From positions 203,878 through 267,877 of the forward strand of contig JAGVGF010000002.1 of assembly GCA_020057295.1 (NCBI GenBank): DNA of 64,000 nucleotides. The letters run 5' to 3'. The DNA is from an archaeon. GTDB taxonomy: Archaea; Nanobdellota; Nanobdellia; Woesearchaeales; UBA9642. The notes beneath the pieces were generated by a model. That model had not been told where the DNA came from, searched no databases, and saw only the letters and a program-made list of their open reading frames with translations. This document shows positions 1 through 9,487 of the stretch, one piece after another (the first letter of the stretch is position 1; the number at the start of each line of letters is the position of its first letter). A program made the translations under genes and the position numbers.

Positions 1-33
1 AATTTAAGTATTATTTATCATTTAAAGTCAAAT

Positions 34-3000
34 CTAACCGAATATGTGTGTGATCCAGTAAGCGAATTGATTCCACCAATTACCTATAGTTGACCATATA
101 CCTGTAGGTGAAGATTCCAATGCAACATTACCTGTAATTAGGTTTCCACTATTACTTGTATTTCCATTATTATTTTGATTTGTTGCTACAGTATTTTGTT
201 CATTATTATTTTGATTTGTTGTTGGTACTATTGGTGTGGTCGTATTTTGTTTTGGAACTGTTGCTTGTCCTGGTGTACATGATTTTGTTCTTGTCAATGT
301 TGTATTGCTATTGTCTGTGTAACATATTTGTGAACTTACGCCTTCTGAATTACATGTTGACCATGTTTCACATTGCAATGGTATTCCTCCTGATGAGCCT
401 CCACTACTACCTCCTCCACTCGAAGATGTGACAACTGGTGCAGCAGCTTCTGAATATGTTACAAATTGTGTAAAATGTTTTGTCCAAATAATTAAATCGT
501 TTCCAACATCTATTTTACAATCGCTTTCAATAGGCAGTAAGTCATTAGCAACTTGAGTATCATTCAAACAAACATTAAGTATTTTTGTAAATACTCCTGC
601 TCTCGAATAACCCGTAAGTTTTCCTGCCTGACCAGATATTACAAGTCGAGCTGCATTATCAAATGTCAATTTAGTATCACCATAGCCCACTTCAACAACT
701 GATAAAACAGTGTTAGTCATTCCATTATTTACTGTTGGCGTTACGCTTGTTAGAACATTAACTGTTGGAACATTCATTATGCCATTCCAATCCTCAGGAC
801 CAGAAATGGTTGTTCCTGAAGGCAATGTTACACTATAATCAGTTCCTAATGTATCTCTTGAAAGTGTTAAATCATTTGATAAATTAACAGATGTAAAATT
901 TGTTGTTACATTTGTTATATTATTAGTTACTGAATTAGTCGTTGTTAAAAGAGACAAATCTAATGTTACTTGTTTTGTATCTTCTATGGTGTTTGGTACA
1001 TTAATATTCGTTAAAGGCGAACCAACCGGAACAAGTATATCTGTTGAATTTTCAGTTACGTTCATAACTTCAGAATCTGCTAATGTTTGATTTTCTGTTG
1101 GAATGTCTGTCATGTTAGTTGTCAATGCAGAGGTAGTATACCATGGTGCATAACTTACATTGCCAGAAATAACGGCTGTAAAATTAGGATTAGCACTGCC
1201 CCAATAATTATACGTTGCGTTAACAAATGGGTGAGTAGAACTTATACTAATATCATTATTAACAAATCTATTTTCGTGTGCAACTACAACAGTGTTATCT
1301 ATATCTGAATATCCAACTGCTATAGCTTCAGTACAGTTTGAAATCGTATTACCTGTTATAGTAGCACGAGTTCCTGTTCCGTAATAGTCCGTTACTAAAA
1401 TTCCTGCCGATGTCGAACCGTCATTTGTTGTAACGCCCTTGCAATTTGATATAGCATTGTTAGATATTATTGCTGATGCTCCCGCACCTACTTCTATTCC
1501 ATAATCTAAAAAATCACCTGATCCTTTTCCGACATAAGTATTGCCAGTAATCAAAGCGTTACCAATCGCTGGTCCACTATACGCTCCACGAACATGAACT
1601 CCTATACGTTCAATGTTGCTGAATGTGTTGTTGCTGACTGTTATATTGCCAAACACTACGATTCCGCGGCCAGAGTACGTGCCTGCTTTAATGTTCTTTA
1701 TAATATTATTGTTAATCGTTCCATCACCATAAGATGCTATTGCCCAATTAATTAATCGTGTTGGTGCATCACCATCTAGTGTTACATTACTTAAATTGAA
1801 ATTCACACCGGTGTTAATCAGGAACCATGCTGCGCTATCAGCATTGTTGCCTGCAGTATCGGTTGATGGCTTTATGATTGTCGTTAGTTTATTAACTCCG
1901 ACGATAGATACATTTTTGCTAATGACTATTTGTCCAGTTTCAGTATACGTTCCTGGTCCTACTTTAATCGTGTCGCCGCTCTGAGCAACTCTATCAATCG
2001 GATATCGTTTTATTGCAGTGTAAATACCAGCAATATTAACAATATCTCCTGTTGAACCACAGCCGATGCAATCCCATGTACGCATTTCATTTGCTGGAGT
2101 CCAAACAGTTACAGATTTATCGAATGTGTTTGCAGTAAGAATAGCGTTCCAATCCAATGAACTATAACCTACATTTCCTTTGTAATTTCCCCAAGCAATA
2201 ACATGTCTACGATCTGCTGTTGTAAATTCATTATTAGTAATTGTTGCTGCTCCAACAGGATACACATCCCATAGATCTGCTTGTGGACCAACAAATTCAA
2301 TTCCATCCATAACGTTCTCAAACTTATTACCTATAATTACACGATTAGCAACATCTCCACTCCAACCTGCACCGCTGCTAAAACGGATGCCAGAACCATA
2401 TAAGCCTGCTCCGCCACCATCTAGTAAGTTTCCTTCAATTCTATAAGATTGTAAATGAGAACTGTCTGTTCCCGAATCATACTTTGGATCGTACATATAG
2501 ATTGAAGAAACTCCATCCATTGCATTTATTACAGAATTTTTTATTACAACATTGTTCCCAATCACTTCAACTGTTTTAGTGTTCTCTCCACCGTTCCATC
2601 CCAAAATTGTGAAACCAGAAATTACTACATTATCAGCTTGAACAAATATTGTGTCCTCATGCCCAGAGTTTAACAATTGTCTTTTTGGACTGATTGTTGC
2701 AAGGACATTATCATAATTTGTTATTACATTTCCATTATTATCAACACCTTGTATAGTGACTGATTTATCTACAAAGATATTGAAATCACTAGAACCTGCT
2801 CCGCCATCAACTTGATTACGGGAATTCGCTTCATCCTGGTTATATGTTCCAGGTGTGACATCAATTATATCGCCACTAGTGGCTGCATCAATCGCAGCCT
2901 GAATAGTATAAAAAGATTGCTCTCCTGAATCAAGAATGTTATTTACATTCGTATCAATGAAAACTGGACCTGAAAAATTCGTAGCGTTAGAAGTATAAAT

Positions 3001-3786
3001 AGATATGTTGTTAGAATCTAATGTTACTGCTGTTTGTGCTAATGCTCTTCCGTTTAATGTTGCTCCAGTTAGCATTGCAATATTTGTAGCATCTAAAATA
3101 TTTCCACTTAATACTGATGTTGTTCCAAGTGTTGTTGTGCTAGCGACTTGCCAGAAGATATTTTTTGACTGGCAACTTCCATTTAATATAACTTGCTTTG
3201 AAGAAGCAATATTTAGAGTATTTGCTATTTGAAATATAAACACACCATTCGAGTCTCCTTGACAATCAAGAACAACATTGTTATTTATCAATACCGAAGT
3301 ACTTGGACCCCATTTGTAAATTCCTGGTGTTAAAGTCATTCCGCTAATGTCTCCTGCTCCAAGTTCGATATAATCTGCGGATCCTGTGCCATTAACTCTT
3401 CCAGCTGCATCATTGTAAGCAGTTGTCATATCATTTGTTGCAGTATTAATTTTAGCTGGGGTTGGAACAGCATAGTTATATGCATATATTTTTCCATTCA
3501 CTAAAGTTGATGTAGAAAATTGATTAGAACTATCTAGAGTTAACGCGAAATTTCCTGTTATTGCTGTAGAAGTTACTGCAGGGCCGACACCAATATCTCC
3601 AACAATAGATGTTGTACCAGTAGAAGATATTCCGGAACCAGATAATATAACAAAGTCTGCAGTTGATCCGAGATTTACAATCGCGGGACTTGATGCATTA
3701 ACAAAGTATACCATAAATAAGAAAATTATGAGAATAAATACTATTGAATATACAACGATTTTTGATAATATCTTTTTCTGTTTCAT
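34..3786 (-). CDS. Large secreted surface protein: DUF3494 ice-binding-like domain + right-handed beta-helix repeats + TKHFT domain + Cys module + Trp-rich C-terminal tail
   Basis: Signal peptide; VNLGSTADFVILSGSGIS...LTPGIYKW...FIFQI...NIFWQV...GATLNGRALAQTAVTLD is the DUF3494 pattern; TIQAAIDAA..GD.I.V.PG.Y and I..N.I repeats typical of pectin-lyase-like beta-helix. Confidence 0.85.
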   Translation of the reverse strand: MKQKKILSKIVVYSIVFILIIFLFMVYFVNASSPAIVNLGSTADFVILSGSGISSTGTTSIVGDIGVGPAVTSTAITGNFALTLDSSNQFSTSTLVNGKIYAYNYAVPTPAKINTATNDMTTAYNDAAGRVNGTGSADYIELGAGDISGMTLTPGIYKWGPSTSVLINNNVVLDCQGDSNGVFIFQIANTLNIASSKQVILNGSCQSKNIFWQVASTTTLGTTSVLSGNILDATNIAMLTGATLNGRALAQTAVTLDSNNISIYTSNATNFSGPVFIDTNVNNILDSGEQSFYTIQAAIDAATSGDIIDVTPGTYNQDEANSRNQVDGGAGSSDFNIFVDKSVTIQGVDNNGNVITNYDNVLATISPKRQLLNSGHEDTIFVQADNVVISGFTILGWNGGENTKTVEVIGNNVVIKNSVINAMDGVSSIYMYDPKYDSGTDSSHLQSYRIEGNLLDGGGAGLYGSGIRFSSGAGWSGDVANRVIIGNKFENVMDGIEFVGPQADLWDVYPVGAATITNNEFTTADRRHVIAWGNYKGNVGYSSLDWNAILTANTFDKSVTVWTPANEMRTWDCIGCGSTGDIVNIAGIYTAIKRYPIDRVAQSGDTIKVGPGTYTETGQIVISKNVSIVGVNKLTTIIKPSTDTAGNNADSAAWFLINTGVNFNLSNVTLDGDAPTRLINWAIASYGDGTINNNIIKNIKAGTYSGRGIVVFGNITVSNNTFSNIERIGVHVRGAYSGPAIGNALITGNTYVGKGSGDFLDYGIEVGAGASAIISNNAISNCKGVTTNDGSTSAGILVTDYYGTGTRATITGNTISNCTEAIAVGYSDIDNTVVVAHENRFVNNDISISSTHPFVNATYNYWGSANPNFTAVISGNVSYAPWYTTSALTTNMTDIPTENQTLADSEVMNVTENSTDILVPVGSPLTNINVPNTIEDTKQVTLDLSLLTTTNSVTNNITNVTTNFTSVNLSNDLTLSRDTLGTDYSVTLPSGTTISGPEDWNGIMNVPTVNVLTSVTPTVNNGMTNTVLSVVEVGYGDTKLTFDNAARLVISGQAGKLTGYSRAGVFTKILNVCLNDTQVANDLLPIESDCKIDVGNDLIIWTKHFTQFVTYSEAAAPVVTSSSGGGSSGGSSGGIPLQCETWSTCNSEGVSSQICYTDNSNTTLTRTKSCTPGQATVPKQNTTTPIVPTTNQNNNEQNTVATNQNNNGNTSNSGNLITGNVALESSPTGIWSTIGNWWNQFAYWITHIFG

Positions 3787-3865
3787 TTTTAATCCGCCTC
3801 TCCCCTTGTAAACATATTAAATAATATGTTCTTAAACAATATTTTTTTATTTTTTTATACAAAAT

Positions 3866-4351
3866 TTATCTAGCCTTGACTTCTCCTGGAGATGCTGAAA
3901 TAGTATCTTCTGTATTCTCTACATCTCCTTCGGAAAATCTGTAGTGTCTTGTAATTTTAATTCTTGCAGTATCTTCGATCACATCTCCTGTTTTGTCAGG
4001 CAGTAATCGCATATTATGAATATCAATTCCTTGAATTTCTATCTCTACTTTTCTTATACTTGAATGGTTTGGTGTGAGTACAATGGTTTTGTGATCAGGT
4101 CCCCATTTTTTCTCGAATGTTCCAGATGTATAATTAAATTTAGATAAAGGAATATTTGGAAGGGTTAAGCAATTCGCTTTCAAAAAAACAATATACTCGC
4201 CATAAGTCATTATAGGAATTATGCCTTTGCCCTCTTTCTTGCTTTGATTTTCAAAACGTATAGTGTCTTTTCTTTGTATATAGTGCAAACTATTCTTTTG
4301 ATTTATGTTACTTTTAATTTCGTCTAATTTATCTTCTTTTGATTTTTCCAT
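3866..4351 (-). CDS. Hypothetical protein (probable start MEKSKEDK, 161 aa)
   Basis: ORF track 3866..4480 overlaps the upstream gene; ATG at 4351 preceded by GGAG avoids the overlap. Confidence 0.6.
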   Translation of the reverse strand: MEKSKEDKLDEIKSNINQKNSLHYIQRKDTIRFENQSKKEGKGIIPIMTYGEYIVFLKANCLTLPNIPLSKFNYTSGTFEKKWGPDHKTIVLTPNHSSIRKVEIEIQGIDIHNMRLLPDKTGDVIEDTARIKITRHYRFSEGDVENTEDTISASPGEVKAR

Positions 4352-4389
4352 TGTAATAATGCTCCATTTTTTAAAATGATATTTTTTTC

Positions 4390-4719
4390 TTAAAGTGGCC
4401 CAGCAATTGTTGGTAATATTAAACTGACAATAATTGCAAAAATCCATATAACTACAGCTATAACAAAAGATTTTATCCAACCAATCTTATATAAACTACC
4501 TAGAGCGATAAGCCAAGCTATTCCACCAATTAATGCAGCAACCCAACCTATTCCTATAAAATAAGAAGTGAGTGAAAATATTATTGCACCGACAAGTGCA
4601 GTTAATATAGCTGTACCAAATCCTTCTTTTTCTCCAAATAATTTTGCAGCTATATAAATAATAATTGATGATATGATTAAACTTATCAAAAATCCTATTA
4701 ATGCTTCTAATACTATCAT
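4390..4719 (-). CDS. Small multi-TM membrane protein
   Basis: 109 aa, about four hydrophobic segments, GAGG SD upstream. Confidence 0.7.
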   Translation of the reverse strand: MIVLEALIGFLISLIISSIIIYIAAKLFGEKEGFGTAILTALVGAIIFSLTSYFIGIGWVAALIGGIAWLIALGSLYKIGWIKSFVIAVVIWIFAIIVSLILPTIAGPL

Positions 4720-4805
4720 AATAAACCTCTATTTCTTGACCGTGTCATTACACAATTTTGTGATAATGATTCCTAATATAGAACCTAAATATTTTTTGTT
4801 AACAT

Positions 4806-4925
4806 TTACGTTTTCATTATTTTTTTTCCTGCAGGTCTGTTTTTTACCATTCCTTTTCCACCTGCGCTCTTTGCAGCTCTTTTCTTTGCTGCTGTCATTC
4901 TTCCGCCTCTGCTTGATTTTGCCAT
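4806..4925 (-). CDS. 39-aa basic microprotein MAKSSRGGRMTAAKKRAAKSAGGKGMVKNRPAGKKIMKT
   Basis: Translated by hand; GGAGG SD upstream, starts 1 nt after the stop of the previous gene; below ORF-track cutoff. Confidence 0.6.
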   Translation of the reverse strand: MAKSSRGGRMTAAKKRAAKSAGGKGMVKNRPAGKKIMKT

Positions 4926-4926
4926 T

Positions 4927-5157
4927 TTATTTCCTCCGTTTGTTATAGTCTATGTTTTTAATTAGCCAATAAATTCCTACAATTATTAGAATAATTACTA
5001 AGATGCTGAAAATCCAGCCGAGCGACATAAATCCATAACTATATCCGCTCATCATTCCATAACTTCTAAAACCGAATCCGAAAAATTCTAAGAGGATTAG
5101 AATTGCTATAACAACAACTATTCCTATAATAAAATTTTTATTATCTTTCTTTGTCAT
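4927..5157 (-). CDS. Small two-TM membrane protein with YGMM..YG.GF linker
   Basis: 76 aa, two hydrophobic helices around a Gly/Met/Tyr-rich loop. Confidence 0.65.
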   Translation of the reverse strand: MTKKDNKNFIIGIVVVIAILILLEFFGFGFRSYGMMSGYSYGFMSLGWIFSILVIILIIVGIYWLIKNIDYNKRRK

Positions 5158-5203
5158 TTTTATTTTCCCAAATTTAATTTACTAATATAAATCTGATAAT
5201 TAT

Positions 5204-5392
5204 TTAAGCTTGTTTGATCACGTGAGCTATTACTGAAATTGCAAATAATATTACAAAAATTATAGCTAACCATTTAGCGATTGTAAATGATGTTCCTGAG
5301 ATGAATCCAAATCCTAATATTCCAGCAATTACTGCTACTACCAAAAATATTATCGCTAAAAACAACCAGCCTCCTAAACCTTTTTTATTCAT
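5204..5392 (-). CDS. DUF1328 (UPF0391/YtjA-like) small membrane protein
   Basis: LAIIFLVVAVIAGILGFGFISG....IAKWL..IFVILF matches the DUF1328 pattern. Confidence 0.8.
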   Translation of the reverse strand: MNKKGLGGWLFLAIIFLVVAVIAGILGFGFISGTSFTIAKWLAIIFVILFAISVIAHVIKQA

Positions 5393-5507
5393 TTTTGTCT
5401 CCGTTATAATTATGTATTCTTCACAGTAAGTTTATATCACATTTGAATCAAATGTTCTAATTAAAAAAATAAAAAAATGTATTACGCAACTTTACGTTGA
5501 TAAGCTT

Positions 5508-7613
5508 TTAACCAAATATGTGTGTGATCCAGTAGATGAACTGGCTCCACCATCGACCTATAGTTGACCATATTCCTGTAGGTGATGATTCTAATGCAAC
5601 GTTACCTGTAATTTGGTTTCCATCATTTGGTGTATTTCCATTATTATCTTGAACTACTGGTGTAGTCTGATTTACTGCCCAAGTGTTTTGTCCATTGTTA
5701 CCTGTGTCTGTTACTGGTGTAGTTACGTTTTGTTTTGGAACTGTTGTTTGTCCTGGTGTACATGATTTTGTTCTTGTCAATGTTGTGTTGCTATTGTCCG
5801 TGTAACATATTTGTGAACTTACGCCTTCTGAATTACATGTTGACCATGTTTCACATTGTAATGGTGTTCCTCCTGATGAACCTCCACCGCCTCCTCCTGT
5901 GCTTGCTGGTGGTTGTACAACAGCAGCATCAGTTGTAAAGCTTGTAGTATTACTTACAGAATATCCTGCTTTATCATAACATGTAATATTTACTGTATAA
6001 GCTGTACTAGAACTTAGACCGCTTAAACTAGCTGTGTATACTCCATTACTTAAAATTAAATTGCCGCTTCCCGCGCCTGTATAAGTACAATTATTTATTC
6101 CAGAATACATATCACTAGCATTAATAGTAATGGTTGCACCACTACTAGTTACACTACCGCTGGATACACTGTTTGTTACTGGTGCAGTTTGATCTACATA
6201 AACTGTAAACGAAGTCGTGTTTATGTTTGTAGCATTATCTCTTACAGTTAAGTTTACATAGTACGTACCATTTGTAGTAACAGTATATGTTTCTATTGCT
6301 GAAAGATTAATTGTGGTTGCTGTCCAATTCTGTAACAATCCTCCTGTAGAATTGTATACTGATAATGTCCAATTTATTAAGTTAGTATCATTAGCAGTAA
6401 AGTTAATACTTAATGTTGTGTCATTAGTACCGTAACCATTACTTACATTGTTGATACTATTAATTAATGATGTTGGCATAATTGTATCTATAAAAACCAT
6501 TCTATTACTAGAGTTAGTTACAACAGATCCGTCATCACAACTCATATACCAACTATTGTTACCTTCGCTTAATTGTGCATTAGCAGTAATAGCAGTATTA
6601 GTATTATTAACAACTGAACTATTTGTTCCTACAGAAACATTGTTTGCATACAAAGTACAAGATGCTGTTGAAGCACCAACATACTTGAAAGTAAATGCTG
6701 GCATATTACTAGTATTCCATGTATTAGTTGTAGGATTTACTAAAGTTACTACTGGTGAACTTGTGCCAGTTGGCGATGTAACTATATTGGATTGCAATGT
6801 AACTTGATCAGTTGATGCAAATAATTTACCAGTTATATTAGCACCAGTAAGTGCGTTTACTTCTGTCCATGCGAATACATTTCCATAAAAAACAGTGTTA
6901 GTTCCAATAACTGTTTTACCTGCTGTTCTCCAATAAACATTTTTTGCTTGTGCACCGTTTGCTAAAATTATATTACCTCCTGGGGCTCCAGTAATAAGAG
7001 TGCCTGTACCGACTATATTAAAAATCCACACGGAATTAGGATTACCTTCTGCATCTAGAGTTAAATTTCCTTGTTGTATTATTACATTGGAAGCAGTCTT
7101 ATAGACTCCACGAGTAAGTGTTAAATTGCCTAATTCTGTTGGGCAAGATATTGTTGGTGCGTCAGGATTTGGGTCTGCAGCTAAATATGTGAATGCAATT
7201 CCTAAATCAGTTTTTGCTTGAGTTATCATTGCACCGCTAGTTGTCCATGTTGCTCCAACAGGTAATGTTGAATAATGTAATGGATAAGGAAATGGTGCCG
7301 GATTAGAATCATCGGATGCGTATGATGTTCCGCCTGTAAGTTCAGTAAAATCTCCTGCAGGTCCAGTTGATGTGAATCCTGTAATGAACGTACGAGCTTG
7401 ATCTTCTACACCAATATCTCCACCTGTAATATTACTGCCTACTGTTGTTGTGACTGTTTGACTAGCTAAAATTACGAATCTGCCTGCTTCTCCTAAATCT
7501 GGAGCAGTTGGATTTTCTCCTACTGCATTAACGTTAATTGCACTAATTAATAATATAGTTGCAAAAATTGCAATATACATAAAGATGTTTGATGATGTGT
7601 TTTTTTGTTTCAT
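5508..7613 (-). CDS. Secreted DUF3494 ice-binding-like protein with Ig/FN3-like repeats, Cys module and Trp-rich tail
   Basis: PDLGEAGRFVILA...LTLTRGVYK...LTLDAEGNPNSVWIF...GAQAKNVYW; Thr/Asn-rich beta-sandwich repeats (D.T.P, Y.V.I.C.D.AG); tail nearly identical to the 1250-aa gene. Confidence 0.85.
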   Translation of the reverse strand: MKQKNTSSNIFMYIAIFATILLISAINVNAVGENPTAPDLGEAGRFVILASQTVTTTVGSNITGGDIGVEDQARTFITGFTSTGPAGDFTELTGGTSYASDDSNPAPFPYPLHYSTLPVGATWTTSGAMITQAKTDLGIAFTYLAADPNPDAPTISCPTELGNLTLTRGVYKTASNVIIQQGNLTLDAEGNPNSVWIFNIVGTGTLITGAPGGNIILANGAQAKNVYWRTAGKTVIGTNTVFYGNVFAWTEVNALTGANITGKLFASTDQVTLQSNIVTSPTGTSSPVVTLVNPTTNTWNTSNMPAFTFKYVGASTASCTLYANNVSVGTNSSVVNNTNTAITANAQLSEGNNSWYMSCDDGSVVTNSSNRMVFIDTIMPTSLINSINNVSNGYGTNDTTLSINFTANDTNLINWTLSVYNSTGGLLQNWTATTINLSAIETYTVTTNGTYYVNLTVRDNATNINTTSFTVYVDQTAPVTNSVSSGSVTSSGATITINASDMYSGINNCTYTGAGSGNLILSNGVYTASLSGLSSSTAYTVNITCYDKAGYSVSNTTSFTTDAAVVQPPASTGGGGGGSSGGTPLQCETWSTCNSEGVSSQICYTDNSNTTLTRTKSCTPGQTTVPKQNVTTPVTDTGNNGQNTWAVNQTTPVVQDNNGNTPNDGNQITGNVALESSPTGIWSTIGRWWSQFIYWITHIFG

Positions 7614-7723
7614 TTTTGTTTCTCCCTTATCGTAAATTTTTTGTTTTTTTTTATTCTATAATTTTTTCAAATCTGATTTTGATTTTCTTTTATTTATTGT
7701 ATATTCTTATCGTAAAATTTTTA

Positions 7724-8944
7724 TTACTTTCCTCCAAAGAGTCTTGAGACCCATGCAAGGAAATTTTCCCACCACGAATTTTTACTTCCACTTTGTGTTG
7801 TTCCGCCAGCTTGTGTATTTTCATTATTGTTTGTATTATTTTGACTTGCTGGTGTACTTTGATTTACAGTCCAAGTGTTTTGTCCATTATTACTCGTATT
7901 TGTTACTGGTGTAGTTACGTTTTGTTTTGGAGCTGTTGTTTGATTTAATGTACATGCTTGTGTCTTTGTTAATACTGTATCTCCAGTAGTATACTTGCAT
8001 GTTCTTGTACTGATATTTTTTGAATTACATGCTGACCATTCTGTACATTCAAGAGTATTTGAGCTTCCGCTAGTACTTCCTCCTGAACTTGAACTTCCGC
8101 TTCCACTACTTGTTCCTCCTGAACTTCCACTGCCTGTTCCAGGAGTAGGAGTTGGTGTAGGTGTTGGATTTGGTGTTGATGATCCTGATGGTATTGTGAC
8201 AGCATTTGCATCTAATGTTACTGCTGTTTGTGCTAGTGCTCTTCCATTTAATGTTGCTCCGGTATTTAGTACGATTGCTGTTTGACCTAGAATATTTCCT
8301 TTAAAGTCTGATGTTGTTCCAAGTGTTGCTTGACCTGCGACTTGCCAGAATATGTTCTTTGCTTGTGCACCGCCACTTAGAATAACTTTTTTACCATTTG
8401 CTATATCAAGTGTTTGCGCTATTTGGAATATCCATACATCTGTTGAACTTCCTGATAATGTAACATCTGTTGGTATTGTAACTCCAGTTCCCCATTTGTA
8501 AAGTCCAGGTGTTAATGTCATTCCGCCTATATTTCCAGCGCCTAATTCAGTATAATCTGGTAATGTTCTTCCAGCTGCATCAGTGTATGCTATTTCCATA
8601 TCGCCTATAGCTACACCCATAGCAGTTGGTGTTGGTGGGGTATAATCTGCTGCATATATTTTTCCTGTTACTAAAGATGATGTTGCGAAAGTATTTGATG
8701 CATCAGAAATTAATCCGAATCCTGTTATGAAAGTTGCAGCTGCTGGACTTAATCCAATATCCCCAACTATTGAAGTGGTTCCAGTAGTTGAAACCCCTGA
8801 TTTTGATAGAATAACGAAATTGCCTGCTGTTCCAAGATTTACAGCTGATTGTGCTGCGTTGACATTAAATGCGCTCATTAATAATATAGTCGCAAAGATT
8901 GCAATATACATGAAAATATTTGATGTTGTGTTTTTTTGTTTCAT
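7724..8944 (-). CDS. Secreted DUF3494 ice-binding-like protein with PT/GS linker, Cys module and Trp-rich tail
   Basis: VNLGTAGNFVILSKSGVSTTG...LTPGLYKW...VWIFQI...GAQAKNIFWQV...GRALAQTAVTLD is canonical DUF3494. Confidence 0.9.
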   Translation of the reverse strand: MKQKNTTSNIFMYIAIFATILLMSAFNVNAAQSAVNLGTAGNFVILSKSGVSTTGTTSIVGDIGLSPAAATFITGFGLISDASNTFATSSLVTGKIYAADYTPPTPTAMGVAIGDMEIAYTDAAGRTLPDYTELGAGNIGGMTLTPGLYKWGTGVTIPTDVTLSGSSTDVWIFQIAQTLDIANGKKVILSGGAQAKNIFWQVAGQATLGTTSDFKGNILGQTAIVLNTGATLNGRALAQTAVTLDANAVTIPSGSSTPNPTPTPTPTPGTGSGSSGGTSSGSGSSSSGGSTSGSSNTLECTEWSACNSKNISTRTCKYTTGDTVLTKTQACTLNQTTAPKQNVTTPVTNTSNNGQNTWTVNQSTPASQNNTNNNENTQAGGTTQSGSKNSWWENFLAWVSRLFGGK

Positions 8945-9085
8945 TTTGGTTTCTCCCTTAAATTTATTTTAAATTTTTATTTTGATTGTAAATTATTTTT
9001 CTGAATAGCAGCGCAGCAGCTAATAAATTAAAATATTCTCTCGTCTAATATGTTTAATACAGATGTCCTTTATTTTTATTTATCC

Positions 9086-9259
9086 TTATTTTTTGTGATG
9101 TGGTACACCATTTTGTGGTTTTCCGCATAATGGACAAATCAATGAAAAACCAACCAATTTAGTTTGATCTATTGACTTTTTACAGTATTTACATATAATC
9201 TTATTTTTAAGATTATCACGAACGTTGTTGCTTTTTGTTGTTTTGTTGCTTTGTTTCAT
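9086..9259 (-). CDS. 57-aa zinc-ribbon microprotein (CKYC...CPLC)
   Basis: Translated by hand: MKQSNKTTKSNNVRDNLKNKIICKYCKKSIDQTKLVGFSLICPLCGKPQNGVPHHKK; two CxxC pairs. Confidence 0.65.
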   Translation of the reverse strand: MKQSNKTTKSNNVRDNLKNKIICKYCKKSIDQTKLVGFSLICPLCGKPQNGVPHHKK

Positions 9260-9487
9260 TTTAATCTTTTCATCGAAGATTATTATAGTTCAAAAAATCA
9301 AGCATGTTATTGTTCGGGATTTTAAACCTGTAACAATTCCCCAATAATATAGATAAGTAGATGAAGTATAAGGATGCTTGGTTGGGATAAACAACAAGAA
9401 AAGACTTATTTGTTGGAACTTCAGAAATGATTTAAGCACAACTTAAGTCGTTGAAAGAAATTTTGGACATTTAACCTCTATATTCAT

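Noticed and set aside
34-5887. Diversity-generating retroelement (TR/VR) from the near-identical 3' ends of two DUF3494 genes
   Set aside because: Mismatches are not restricted to adenines on either strand, both copies are coding, and no reverse transcriptase is in the window
7626-7716. 11-bp direct repeat CTTATCGTAAA with 80-bp period
   Set aside because: Spacer is low-complexity T-rich sequence lacking the hairpin-element consensus
156-8972. Short + strand ORFs and alternate-frame ORFs over the DUF3494 genes
   Set aside because: Shadow ORFs of repetitive coding sequence; the same applies to the antisense ORFs over ftsZ, lig, secDF, lonB and others
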